Source: Malacoraja senta (taxonomy: Eukaryota). Taken from it: a stretch of DNA of 64,000 bases. A model generated the notes under the pieces. That model was not told the origin of the DNA. It saw only the letters and a program-made list of their open reading frames with translations, and ran no database searches. Of the stretch, positions 23,586-36,134 are shown in pieces (the first letter of the stretch is position 1; every line of letters begins with the position of its first letter). Made by a program: the position numbers and the translations under genes. The DNA lies in NCBI GenBank assembly GCA_038087875.1, contig CM075977.1:17112001-17176000 (forward strand), given 5' to 3'.

Positions 23586-24699
23586 CAGGGCCGGCCTTAG
23601 GAGTTGCGGGGCCCAATTGGGAACAATTTTGGTGAGCCCCAGGTTCCCAGCCAAGGTCTGTAGAATCATAGAAATACAAATAAAGTCTATTATAGACTTT
23701 ATACCTCTATGGTAGAATGGAAAGTAATCAAAACGTGCGCTTAAAAAATGCCTGCGAGTTAATGGACCAAACAGATCTAAGCTCCATTTTAATATAAAAT
23801 TGCATACATGTAAGCCTACAAGTAACAAACAAAATGTGTAGATCACCTCTGAAAAGTACATAGTTACAATACCACTTGTTTTAGTGACTGTGAAATGAAA
23901 AAAAAAGAATTCACTAGATCCTGGAAAACCAATAACCATTGGCGAAAAACCAGTCCAGGCATTACATTTTGGGCTTCAGCCCCAACCTACCCTTTGGGCT
24001 TCTACCCCATCCTAACTTAGTTGTGTGTGTGTGTGTGTGTGTGTGTTAGTTGTCTGTGCGTTATGTGTGTGTGTGTGGGAGGGAAGGAGAGAATGGAGGG
24101 AGGGAGAGAAGGGAAGAAGGAGAGAAGGGAGTGAGGGAAGNNNNNNNNNNNNNNNNNNNNNNNNNNNNNNNNNNNNNNNNNNNNNNNNNNNNNNNNNNNN
24201 NNNNNNNNNNNNNNNNNNNNNNNNNNNNNNNNNNNNNNNNNNNNNNNNNNNNNNNNNNNNNNNNNNNNNNNNNNNNGAGAAGGGAAGGGGAGGGCAGGCG
24301 GCAGGAGAGGATGCCGGGGTCTGGGCGGACTGGTGTGAGGTGAGGCCGAGGTTTGTAAACGTTGCTCCAACCCCCGGCCCGGCCCTCCCTGTATTGTTCA
24401 CCACGTCTTTCCGGGGAGAGAGAGGGGGTGGAGCCGGGGCTGTGTGCGTGAAGCAGGGCGACTGGAGGGGCGGGAACGCTGCCCCGGGACCATGAGGGAA
24501 TGACCCACCTGCCCCTTCTCCATTCCCCCTCACACCCCCTCCCCTTCTACCCCTTTCTTCCCCCACCCCTCTACTCTCTCTCCACCCATCTCACCCCCGG
24601 CCCTCCACCCGGGGTAGATCTACCTGAGCCGAGAGTAGATTACTCTGGCGCGGGGCCCAATTGGGAGCAATTGGTCCAATCGGCTTAAGGCTGGCCCTG
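23586..24699. mobile_element. Second non-autonomous hAT-like element nested in the outer hAT
   Basis: TIR cagggccggcctta / taaggctggccctg; subterminal gcggggcccaattggga at both ends; no clean TSD (C-rich flanks); contains an N-gap. Confidence 0.7.
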
Positions 24700-24803
24700 C
24701 TCCCCACCCCCCTTCTCTCCGACATGGACACGGAACGATCGCCCCCCTTTTTTTGTTAAACATCTATTTTCTTCGGGTGTTTTTTTTTTAAATTTCCCCC
24801 TTA

Positions 24804-25236
<433 letters not shown>

Positions 25237-26091
25237 ATTAAGTAGCGCAGGATAAAGCTGCGAATTCATGCACAGGATGGAAACTGGAAACTGAAAACTA
25301 GGGGAACGCTGTCCCCCTGCGTACCCCCCCCCCCCCCATTTCCATCACTGTTCGTGGATGTCTCGTAGCGGCTCGTACGAGTCAATAGTAACAATTTTTT
25401 TCATCATGAGTATTTTTTTACTCGTGGACATTTTTCACAGTGTTGGAAAAAGCGTCACGAGTTTACCAGATTTCCCGTACGAGCCGCTACGAGACATCCA
25501 CGAGCTCCTACGGACCAGCTACGGACATTCTCCGAGTTCGAATCAGGGGAAAACCCGGGAGAACTCTTGAATTACCTCGTACAGTGGGACAGGCCCTTTA
25601 AACTCTTCCCTTTGTTCTCAACATTCCAAATGTCTTTGTGAGCCAGGGTTGTGTTGGCTTTCTTTTAATCTCCTTCATTTGTATCTTCTTCCAAATGCGT
25701 GGCCACAGCCTTCCCATTTTCACACATGCTACTCACATTTTGTCCCCCGACCGGATAAATATGTTCCCGTCGCATTCAACTTATATTTCTCAAGTTATTA
25801 ACCTTTTAAAAACAGCTTCAAAATATTAAAGTTTTCAACGTTCTAATTTTGAAGAAAAAAATGCCGACTGACGTCACAATAAATTCACACGCTCCGGGCG
25901 CGAGGGCACTCCAGCATTCCAACCCGCTCGGCCTGGCTGGGATCCCTCGCCCTCTCCATCTCTACCCTCCCTCCCTCCCCCCGACTCTACCGTCTTTACT
26001 CTAACCGCCCCCCCTCCTCTCTACTCCATCTCCCTCTCTACCCCCTCCCCATCCAGCACTCCAACCCACTCGGCCCTGCTGGGACCCGTTC

Positions 26092-26456
26092 GGCCGCACA
26101 CACAAGGAGTGCTCCAAGCACTGGATTCGGGACGAGGAGGCCCATCGTGGAGAGTTACACCCCAGCCCTTTGAGAAGGACCGATTCTTCAGGCCCGACTT
26201 CACCTCCCTCGATGTGCTCACCTTCGCTGGCAGCGGCATCCCAGCTGGCATCAATATCTCCAACGACGACGACATCCGTCACATGGTGGGGTTTAAAAAC
26301 GTCTCGCTCTGTAATGGCCTACTACACCTAGAAGGAGAAACTCACCTTCCTGGAGGATCACGACAAGGACGTGTACATCAAGTGGAAAGGCCCCTCCTTC
26401 CAGGTCGGCCTTCACAAGCTGCAGGGTCACGGCAGCGGGAAGCTCTTCGTCTAGGA
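26092..26456 (+). pseudogene. DPP3: Dipeptidyl peptidase 3 fragment, disabled, inside the Helitron
   Basis: [18 protein letters not shown], then [47 protein letters not shown], then [44 protein letters not shown]; the HELLGH metal motif is degraded to HKLQGH (26413-26430). Confidence 0.93.
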
Positions 26457-26530
26457 CAGGGATCTCCAAACTATGGCCCGCGGGCCACATCCAGCCAGGC
26501 ACATGATTTTATCTGGCCCGCACCAAGCTC
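26457..26530 (+). mobile_element. hAT-Charlie-like left terminus (right end not found)
   Basis: cagggatctccaaactatggcccgcgggccacatccagcc, preceded by gtctagga (Charlie-like target site). Confidence 0.6.
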
Positions 26531-26735
26531 AGTGCAGAACGAAGCATGTGTCTGTTAGGCGTCGAGTCGATGCGAGTCAGGTAGCTGCTCTTAGTGTTTG
26601 TTACGGGGTAGGTCCCTCGAATTGTCGGAGCCGAGACATCACAGGGCCGCCGTGAAGAAGGGTGCAATGATAGGGGGGGGGGTTCGGCAGCGGTGGTCAG
26701 AATGGGTCGGCGGCGAGTTATAAAGTGAAATCGTT

Positions 26736-27445
26736 CCTCTCTGCCTCTCTCTTTCCTCTCTGCCTATCTCTCTCCTGTCTGCCTATCTCCTCTCTGCCTC
26801 TCTCTCTCCTCTCTGCCTCTCACCTCCCTGCCTCTCTCTCCTCTGCCTTTCCCTCTCCTCTCTGCCTCTCTCTTTACTCTCTGCCTATCCTCTCTGCCTC
26901 TGCCAGTCTCTGTCTCTGCCTCTCTCTTTCTCTGCCTCTCTCTCTCTCTGCCTCTCCTTTCTCTCCCTCTCTATCTGCCTCTCTCTCCTCTCTGCATCTC
27001 TCTCCTCTGCCTCTCTCCCTCTGCCTCTCTCTGCCTCTCTATCTGTCCCTCTCTCTGCCTCTATCTCTCTCTCTGCACTCTCTCTGCCCTCTCTCTGTCT
27101 GCCTCTCTCTCTCTGCCCCTCTCTCTCTGCCTCTCACTCTCAGCCCCCCTCCCTCTCTACCCCCCACTCCCTCTCTACCCCCACTCCCTCTCTACCACCA
27201 CTCCCTCTCTAACCCCCTCCCTCTCTAGCGAGTGATGAGTAATGGGACCTATGGGTGAGTGGTGGAGTATTGCGTTTGGGGACCAACCCTGCCATGTGAC
27301 GCCGTTCGCCTCCCCTATCCCTCACTCTCTACCCGCCCTCTCTCCCTCTCTACCCCCTACTCCCTACCTTTACCCTCCCTCTCTACCCCCCTCACCCTCT
27401 CCCTCTCTACCCCCTCCCTCTCTACCCCCCTCCCTCTCCCTCTCT
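26736..27445. repeat. CT-rich low-complexity / tandem repeat (ctctctgc, ctctaccccc units)
   Basis: Directly visible pyrimidine-rich repeats. Confidence 0.9.
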
Positions 27446-28928
27446 AGCTGCGCCTGCGAAGTTGGGGGCTATGCGTGAGTGGATAGGGCGGGGGATGGGG
27501 GAAAAGGAGCGAATTAATAATATTAATATAATATCAAGGGAGGGGGGTTAGTGTGTGTGTGTGTGTGTGATGCCGAATTCCGCCCCCCCCCCCAACCGTG
27601 CGTTGGTGTGATGGGACCCAACGGGTCCCACTTGGTCTAGTATCAACTTAAAACTAATTGGTGATGCTGCTGGTCTGCACCAGCGAGCCCTTCTTCACTG
27701 TTGACTTAGCTGTTGTTGCTGCTCACCTTGTGGCCCCGACAGGACGCACTTTCTTCAGGTTGCGGCTACCGACAGGATGCACCCGGTCACCGTGCGGCTC
27801 CCTCCCTTCTCACCCATTGCTTTGTCCATTCCACCGCCTCCTCCTCCTCCCCCCGCAGTCATCGATACTGTCCATGGTGGAGTATGTCGACGACTCCAGG
27901 GAAGAAGTAGGAGATAGCGGCAGTGGAAGGGGGAGGAGAGGCTGAGTGAACAAAGTGACAGGTCAACAGGAAGAAGCAGCAGCAGGTGGGAGGGGAGGGA
28001 GCTCCAGGGTGACTGAGCTTGTCCTGTCAGTGGTAGTGGCTGAAGAAATCGATGTCCCCATGGGGCTGCAACGTCAAACGGACGGTTCGGTGGGTGAAGA
28101 AGGGCTCACTGGTGTACCTTGCAACTTCCCGAGGCGGTGTCGGGAACCAGGGCCGGGATGACATCGGTAGGTCGATTCACTTTAACCAAACTACGTTATA
28201 AAGGGATTCGTTAAAATGAGAATTTATTGTACTGCCACTATCATTGTCTTTTGGCATCAGTGAACCACTGATTGTTGGTTGTTTCCCTTTTCCAACATTT
28301 TTGGTCAAAGTAATTGCAACAAAATTGATGTACTATTGGTACAAAAAGTAGGGAAGTAAAAAAAGAAGAATAAATGATGTTACTTTATACAGCATCTATA
28401 TTAAGTGTTGCTTCAGGGATTTCTCCTATCCCATCCAAATAAATAATGGGAAAGATTTCTTTCCCTTCTTTCAGGGCTTTTACAATCCTGAAAAAGCCCT
28501 TAAGAATTTCACAAAATGGAGAAAATCAGAAGTATTTGGATGTTGATGTTGCTGATCAGGTTGTATGGGGGATATAACATAAATATAAATTAATCCACAC
28601 CCTTTTGACCTAGTGTGGGGCTCACACAAAATTTGCTGCATTGTTTCCTGACACAGTGCACACCTGATGGCCAGTTTCGATTCAACACATGCACCACAGA
28701 TGGCCGACATTTTATCTTCTGTTAAACACAAGCGAAAATGTTTCCAATGTAAGCTCAGGCATCTGCACACACTGCTGCAGCAGTGGCACAGCTCATAATG
28801 CTTATTCAAGGCACTTCAAAGATGCCACACTGCACCAGCAATCTGTCCCCCAATAGGTCACTAGGATTGTTGAGGCACTACCCAGGGAAACAATCAGTGG
28901 CCCTGTGGAGAACTAATCTCTGTGCCTC

Positions 28929-29158
28929 AGATAGACACAAAATGGTGGAGTAACTCAGCGGGACAGGCAGCATCTCTGGATAGAAGGAATGGGTAACGTT
29001 TCGGGTCAAGACCCATCTGAAGTTCTTGAGTCTGAAGAAGGGTCTCGACCCGAAATGTCACCCATTCCTTCGATCCAGAGATGCTGCCTGTCCCGCTGAG
29101 TTATGCGCCATTTTGTGTCTGTCTTTGGTGTAATCTAGCTACTGCATTTCCTTCCTAC
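28929..29158. mobile_element. Palindromic Penelope-derived short retroelement with 12-bp TSD
   Basis: Inverted arms agacacaaaatg...tttcgggtcaagaccc / gggtctcgacccgaaa...cattttgtgtct; tctctgtgcctc duplicated at 28917-28928 and 29159-29170. Confidence 0.85.
29032..29059 (+). ncRNA. Minimal hammerhead ribozyme core (Penelope-type)
   Basis: CTGAAGA-a-GGGT-ctcg-ACCC-GAAA-t-GTC. Confidence 0.6.
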
Positions 29159-30169
29159 TCTCTGTGCCTCTCAGGATGGCATCATTCAAGATCCCACAGC
29201 ATCATCTCTACCAGTACCTTTAACTTTGCCTAGCAGCCAGGCAGACTTCAGACGTTTGAGGCAAGAAAGGGGAGTCCAAAGTTGAAATTTCCAGACTAGA
29301 ATCTTCTCAAGGGTATGCTACTGCATCACTTGCTGTCTCTTGGGGAAGCAGAACTGCAGGTAAAGGCTCATGATTAATTGGCACTGAAGGGACGAACATG
29401 GATGATTAATTGATTTTTCCAACATTTTTGTTGGTTGGATGTTAGAAGTAGTTTGGAATAGCAATTTGGTACAGTGCAGATGATAAGAAGATCGGCAGAA
29501 GAGGTAAGGAAAGATGGGATGAAATGAAAAATATTCCTTTATTTTTATTCACACCAGCTTATAACGTCTCTGGCAAGGCCAGATGTAATAATTATCAAAT
29601 AATGATTATTCCTAAACACCAAGGCAAGGTGGTAGGGAACCATAGTTTATTGCTCATTGTGAAGATATTTCCAGGGTGCTAGTAAGTAGGAAATTCCAAC
29701 ATTTTCCAAACCTACCAGAAGGAAAGACAAGGACGGTGAAAGCATGGGAACACTACCACCTAGAAGTTAACCTCCAAACCATGGACCATCCGAACATGGA
29801 AATATATCACACTTCCTTCATTGTCACTGGGTCAAAATGCTGCAACACCTTCCCGAACAGAATCATGGTATACCCACACTTCAAGGACTGCAGCGGTTCA
29901 AGAAACCAGCTCACCACCACTAAAAGGCAAATTGGCACAGGCATAGCCCACATCCCTTCCATGCATGTAAAATAAATAGCCAAAAACCCAAAGATAGTTG
30001 AGAAAGTGATTTTTAAGGAGGGTATACAGTGTATAATATCTAGACAGGTTAAGTGAATAGGTAACCAGTTGGGAGATGGAACATATCAGAAATCAGAATG
30101 AAAAGGCAGAATATTATTAAATAGCTTGAGAGTGTTGAGTGTGCGTGCTGGGAGAGGTCGAAGTAGTCC

Positions 30170-30890
30170 TGCGGACCCTATTCCATTCTCCCAGGTGCTC
30201 CCACATTTTCATTTCTGTTCTTTTGACTGTACCTTTCACAACAGAGCATGAGATGTGCCTTCCTTTTCTTCAGTCGTACTCCCCACTATAGTCCAATGTG
30301 ACTGTGCCATAAGCTGTCCTTCTAATCCCTTCTGCTCCTAACCAGGGCCAAGATAAGATTTGTTTTGTCCTCACTTTCTGCCCCACCAACCTTCACATTC
30401 AACATTCTCACTATCCCCCCCCCCCCCCCAGATCTAAAAGATTCCCCAAATCTCCAAAGGGAAGGTGTTGCCTTCTCCATAAATCCCTTTACAGCATTTG
30501 GACTGGTTCACTCCTATCTTAACTCATTCCCACTCCCAGCATAATTCCATGCAATCACATAGTTGCAAAATCAGACCTTTTACCCGTTCTATTCTCTTTA
30601 TCCCAGGACCCTAAAACTTACTCAAAATAAAATAGTGCCCTTCTACCAATCAGGTGCTCACAGGATGGTTCCTTCTGCATTGGAGAACCAAAACATAGAC
30701 AGGCCGGTCGTTTTTGCAGATTACCTGTGGCCTGTCAGTCCAGTTCTCCATCCCAATTCTAATTTGAGCACTCTAGTTTTTTACATTGTTCCAATAAAGC
30801 TCAACATAAACTTGATGGACAGCACCTCACCTTCTAACTTAGCATGTTATAGCATTCAGGACTCAATATTCAATGTTAATCAGACATTTG
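30170..30890 (+). mobile_element. Highly decayed Penelope-like remnant
   Basis: Patchy similarity to the 52.9-54.8 kb Penelope (e.g. acagcacctcaccttc, cttcacattcaaca). Confidence 0.5.
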
Positions 30891-31834
30891 AGTGATGTAT
30901 TTTCACTTCCAGCATTCAATTTGTTTTCTCTCTTCTTACAATATGTGAGATTGCATTCATCTTCACTCACTTACACTTCCCTCAGACAGGCCTGTCATTT
31001 CCCAAGCCTTCATCTTTTTTTCAGCCAGCACCACCATTTGGTTTCTCCTAGTCTTCCTCCTTTGGTTCACTTCATCTTTTCCCCTTTTGTCTGCAAGTCA
31101 TGAATCTAAAAAAAAATATCTCTGTTCCTTTTCTCACAAGTGCTGTTTATCTGCTAAATACTTCCATTTTCTATTTTTATTTTAGATGTTAGAGCAACTG
31201 CAAGATTGTGCTTTTCTTCCCAGCCACAAACTGTTACCAACGCAATCACAGCTGAGACAGCCATGAGTACCTTTAGCAACTAAATGGTGAAAATGTGCCC
31301 ATTAGCTAAAACGTATACTCTGGACCAGTAGAAATTGAGTAAAACATCAATGAGTTTGAAAGCTACTTTGTCAGGTGTGCTGTTGTCAGCAGTGATGTTA
31401 TGTTTTCATGGTTGTAATTCTCATAGAGCTACCCAGCATGAAACAGGCCCTTAGGTCAAACTCCTCAATATCAACCAAATTGCCTGAACGAGTTAGTCCC
31501 ACTTGTCCACACTGGGCCTATATTCTTCCATATCTTTCCTATCCATGTACCCGTCCAAGTGTCTTTTAAATGTCATAGTTGTATCCACCTCTACCACTTA
31601 CTCTAGCAGCTTGTTCAATATGTGTTCTTTTAGACAAAGTTTGCTAGTGTAAACGGTGCTAATGAGTCTGATTTCTCAGATGTTGAGTGGCATTCCTTAT
31701 CCCCAAGTGTCCCCCTTTGTGTCTAATATGTTGACTAATAATCAGCAGCCACAGCAGACTGTTGCGTTGCTGCCCTGTGTATTAGCAATTCACTGTTGCC
31801 TAGTAATTTACTTGCTGACTGGATGTTGAAGAAC

Positions 31835-32127
31835 TGGTAATGCTGCCGCCTCACAGTTCCAGAGACCCGGGTTCGATCCTGACGTGAGGTGCTGTCTATT
31901 TGGATTTTTTACATTCTCCCAGTGACTGCATGGGCTTCCTCCTGGTGCTCCCACATCCCAAATCCTGGGTTTGTAGGTTAATTGGCCTCTGTATTAATTG
32001 ACCAAAGAATAGGGAGGAGATGCGAAAGTGGGATAATGTCGAACTATTCTGAATGGATGATTAATGGTCGGTGTGGACTCCGTGGGTTGAAGGGCCTGTT
32101 TCCAAGCAGTATCTCTAAAACTAAAAC
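31835..32127 (+). mobile_element. tRNA-derived V-SINE (HE1-like)
   Basis: B-box gggttcgatcc, central domain ctcccacatcccaaa, CR1-type tail gaagggcctgtttcc...atctctaaaactaaaac. Confidence 0.8.
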
Positions 32128-32539
32128 TTGTGAATTGGCGTGGGAAGCTCAAAATCATTGATGATTCAAACATAAAATGGACAATTCAAAAATCCCTGTG
32201 TTCATACTGCCTGCTGTTCACTACCCAAAGAAGAGATGCTCCATTCATCTTTCCTTGAGTATGAAGTCCATGTTAGTTCCCCCATGCCATCGTGAGAGAT
32301 ATCACCAATGCACGCAGTTCTACTCTGTAACAAGTTCATGACATAGTTCAATTTCATTACCAAAAGCTGAGCAGTTTTGACACTGATCTGTGGATGCAAA
32401 AAAAAAGAAAAATGATCCTGTGGCTGACCAAAACAATTAAAAATGGTATTACGTCAAAAGAAGAGTCATAGAGTCATGGAAAAATGCAGAAGGCATACAT
32501 ACCCTTTGCACAAGTCATTGATGATTCAGATGCCAGAGA

Positions 32540-33583
32540 GTAATGGCTGTTTGTCAGGTTGGAGGCCGGTGACTAGTGGGGTGCTTCAGGGATCTGTGTT
32601 GGGTCCACTGTTGTTTGTCATATACATCAATGATCTGGATGATGGTGTGGTAAATTGGATTAGTAAGTATGCAGATGATACTAAGATAGGTGGTGTTGTG
32701 GATAATGAAGTAGATTTTCAAAGTCTACAGAGAGATTTAGGACATTTGGAAGAGTGGGCTGAAAGATGGCAGATGGAGTTTAATGCTAATAAGTGTGAGG
32801 TGCTACATCTTGGTAGGACAAATCAAAATAGGACGTACATGGTAAATGGTAGCGAATTGAGGAATGCAGTTGAACAGAGGAATCTAGGAATAACTGTGCA
32901 GAGTTCCCTGAAGGTGGAATCTCATGTAGATAGGGTGGTAAAGAAAACTTTTGGTGTGCTGGCCTTTATAAATCAGAGCATTGAGTATAGAAGTTGGGAT
33001 GTAATGTTAAAATTGTACAAGGCATTGGTGAGGCCAATTCTAGAGTATGGTGTACAATTTTGGTCGCCAAATTATAGGAAAGATGTCAACAAAATAGAGA
33101 GAGTACAGAGGAGATTTACTAGAACGTTACCTGGGTTTCAGCAACTAAGTTACAGAGAAAGTTTGAACAAGTTAGGTCTTTATTCTTTGCAGCACAGAAG
33201 GTTAAGGGGGGACTTGATTGAGGTCTTTAAAATGATGAGAGGGATAGACAGAGTTGACGTGGATAAGCTTTTTCCATTGACAGCAGGGAAGATTCAAACA
33301 AGAGGACATGATTTGAGAATTAAGGGACAGAAGTTTAGGGGTAACATGAGGGGGAACTTCTTTACTCAGAGAGTGGTAGCTGTGTGGAATGAGCTTCCAG
33401 TGGAAGTGGTGGAGGCAGGTTCGATTTTATCATTTAAAAATAAATTGGATAGGTATATGGATGGGAAAGGAATGGAGGGTTATGGTCTGAGTGCAGGTAA
33501 ATGGGACTAGGGGAGAATAAGTGTTCGGCACGGACTAGAAGGGCCGAGATGGCCTGTTTCCGTGCTGTAATTGTTATATGGTT
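32540..33583 (+). mobile_element. CR1 LINE, 5'-truncated, with open RT C-terminal half
   Basis: VTSGVLQGSVLGP...KYADDTK...WNELP in ORF 32443-33510. Confidence 0.92.
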
Positions 33584-33723
33584 AACTACCCATTAAAAAT
33601 ATTTCTGCATTAATCACATTTTAAAAATTAGGTTTAGGTTTATTATTGTCACTTGTGCCAAAGTATAGTGAAGAGCTTTTTCCATGTTATTCAAACAGAA
33701 AAGATAATACTATACATATGTAA

Positions 33724-34390
33724 ATAGAAACATAGAAAAATAGGTGCAGGAGTTGGCCATTCGGCCCTTCAAGCCAGCACTGCCATTTAATATGATGATA
33801 ATCTAAAATCAGTACCCCGTTCCTGCTTTTTCCCCAAATCCCTTGATTCCTTTAGCCCTAAGAGCTAAATCTAACTCCCTCTTGAAAACATCCAGTGAAT
33901 TGGCCTCTACTGCCTTTTGTGGGAGAGAATTCCACAGACCCACAACTCTCTGGGTGAAAACATTTTTCCTCATCTCAGTCCAAAATGGCCTACCCCTTAT
34001 TCTTAAACTGTGCCTCCTGATTCTGGACTCCCCCAACATCGGGAACATTTTTCCTGCACCTAGCCTGTCCAATCCTTTACAAATGTTATATTTTTCTAAA
34101 TTCCAGTGACTACAAGGCCATTCGACCCATTCTTTTAGCATATGTCAGTCCCACCATCCCGGGAATCAAACTGGTGAACCTACGCTGCACTCCCTCAATA
34201 GCAATAATGTCCTTCCTCAAATGAGAAGACCAAAATTGCACACAATACTCCAGGTGCGGTCTCACCAGGGCCCTGTACAACTACAGTAGGACCTCCTTGC
34301 TCCTAAACTCAAATCCTCTCACAATGAAGACCAACATGCCATTAGATTTCTTCACTGCCTGCTGTACCTGCATGCTTACTTTCAGTGACT
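33724..34390 (-). mobile_element. CR1 LINE 3' fragment
   Basis: GLDRLGAGKMFPMLGESR...FTQRVVGLWNSLPQ; atagaaac tail. Confidence 0.88.
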
Positions 34391-34399
34391 GATCAAGTT

Positions 34400-34840
34400 A
34401 AACTCAAGTACAATAGAGCGAAAGGGAAGATACAGAATGCAGAATATACTGTAGTTCTCAGCAGTGCAGTGCATAAGTTGTTGACAAAGTTCAATGTCCG
34501 CAATGGGGTAAAGGTGAATTGGACAGTACTTTAGCTTGTGGAAGGACTGTTCAAAATCCTGATAACAGAGGGAAATAAGCTGTTCCAGAGCCTGGTAGTG
34601 TGTGCTTTCATGCTTCTGCATCTTCAGCCAGACAGGAGCAGGGAGAAAAGTAATCATCAGAGTGGTACAAGTCTTTGATTATATTGGCCGCTTTTCCAAG
34701 GCAGCGTGGTGTAGATGGTAGGAAGTCTGGTCTGTGTGATGGACTGCGTTACATCTACAGCTCCGTTGTTCTTTGTTGTCTTGGGCAGAGCTGTTCCCAA
34801 ACTAAGCTGTGATGCAACCCAACAGTATGCTTTCTATGAA
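34400..34840 (-). mobile_element. Decayed Rex1/RTE-like LINE 3' remnant
   Basis: Similar to 45.8-46.2 kb (gtcttgggcagagctgttccc...tgtgatgcaaccc). Confidence 0.55.
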
Positions 34841-35050
34841 AATGTTGATGTCATAGATCACACAACCATGGAATATTGGCTCAATAGAACATTCTCGAAC
34901 CTAATGTAATTCTGGCATCAGATTCACACCTAACGACATTGAGAATCTTATATAGTTGTCAGAAATAGCAATTTCTGGCTAATGTGCATAATTGAGGATT
35001 GACAATAGTTTAGAACTAAGGAGAAAAGGACCAAGAAATTGATGAAGAAA

Positions 35051-35148
35051 GTCTGAAGAAGTGTCTCGACACGAAACGTCACCCATTCCTTCTCTCCAGA
35101 GATGCTGCCTGTCCTTTTGAGTTATTCCAGCATTTTGTGTCTACCTTC
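35051..35148 (+). ncRNA. Single-arm Penelope-derived repeat with hammerhead core (35053-35080)
   Basis: CTGAAGA-a-GTGT-ctcg-ACAC-GAAA-C-GTC; stem II covaries relative to the other copies; gaagaaa on both flanks. Confidence 0.65.
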
Positions 35149-35363
35149 GAAGAAATGAAAGATAGTGTTTGAACGTAGATTAGTGAGAAATGCAAAAAAT
35201 ATATAGTCTCTAAGATATTTAAGAGGTAATTGAAAAGAAAAAGAGTAGTGAGGGTAAATGTGGGCCTTTTACATAGATAGGAGAATTTATAATGGGAAAT
35301 TAAAAAATGACAAAGGTATTACTAAGCTTTTATTTTGCATCTTCTTTCAGAGAAGAAGACATA

Positions 35364-36134
35364 TTTTGGTGTGCTGGCCTTTATAAATCAGAGCATTGAA
35401 TATAGAAGTTGGGATGTAATGTTAAAATTGTACAAGGCATTGGTGAGGCCAATTCTGGAGTATGGAGTACAATTTTGGTCACCTAATTATAGGAAGGATG
35501 TCAACAAAATAGAGAGCGTACAGACGAGATTTACTAGAATGTTAGGTACACAAAAATGCTGGAGAAACTCAGCGGGTGCAGCAGCATCTATGGAGCGAAG
35601 GAAATAGGTAACGTTTCGGGCCGAAACCCTTCTTCAGACTGCCATACTTTACTAGAATGTTGCCTGGGTTTCAGCAACTACGTTACAGAGAAAGGTTGAA
35701 CAAGTTAGGTCTTTATTCTTTGGAGCGCAGAAGGTTAAGGGGGGACTTGATAGAGGTCTTTAAAATGATGAGCGGGTTAGACAGAGTTGACGTGGATAAG
35801 CTTTTCCCATTGAGAGTAGGGAAGATTCAAACAAGGGGACATGACTTGATAATTAAGGGACAGAAGTTTAGGGGGAACATTAGGGGGAACTTCTTTACTC
35901 AGAGAGTGGTAGCTGTGTGGAATGAGCTTCCAGTGGAAGTGGTGGAGGCAGGTTCGATTTTATCCTTTAAAAATAGATTGGATGGGTATATGGACGGGAA
36001 AGGAATGGAGGGTTATGGTCTGAGTGCAGGTAGATGGGACTAGGGGGAAGAAAGAAGGGGAAAAAAAAAGTGTTCGGCATGGACGAAGGGCCGAGATGGC
36101 CTGTTTCCGTGCTGTGATGGTTATATGGTTATAT
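35364..36134 (+). mobile_element. CR1 LINE 3' fragment interrupted by a hammerhead-bearing insert
   Basis: ORFs 35335-35607 and 35657-36043 are the same CR1 family as 32.5-33.6 kb. Confidence 0.9.
35544..35647 (-). mobile_element. 104-bp hammerhead-bearing insert with perfect 14-bp TSD
   Basis: tttactagaatgtt at 35530-35543 and 35648-35661; minus-strand core CTGAAGA-a-GGGT-ttcg-GCCC-GAAA-C-GTT (35610-35637). Confidence 0.85.

Noticed and set aside
23578-24707. 8-bp TSD for the inner hAT-like element
   Set aside because: Flanks ccctaccc and ctccccac do not match; C-rich context and an internal gap prevent a call.
26725-27478. Leu/Ser/Pro-rich ORFs
   Set aside because: Translation of CT-rich simple repeats.
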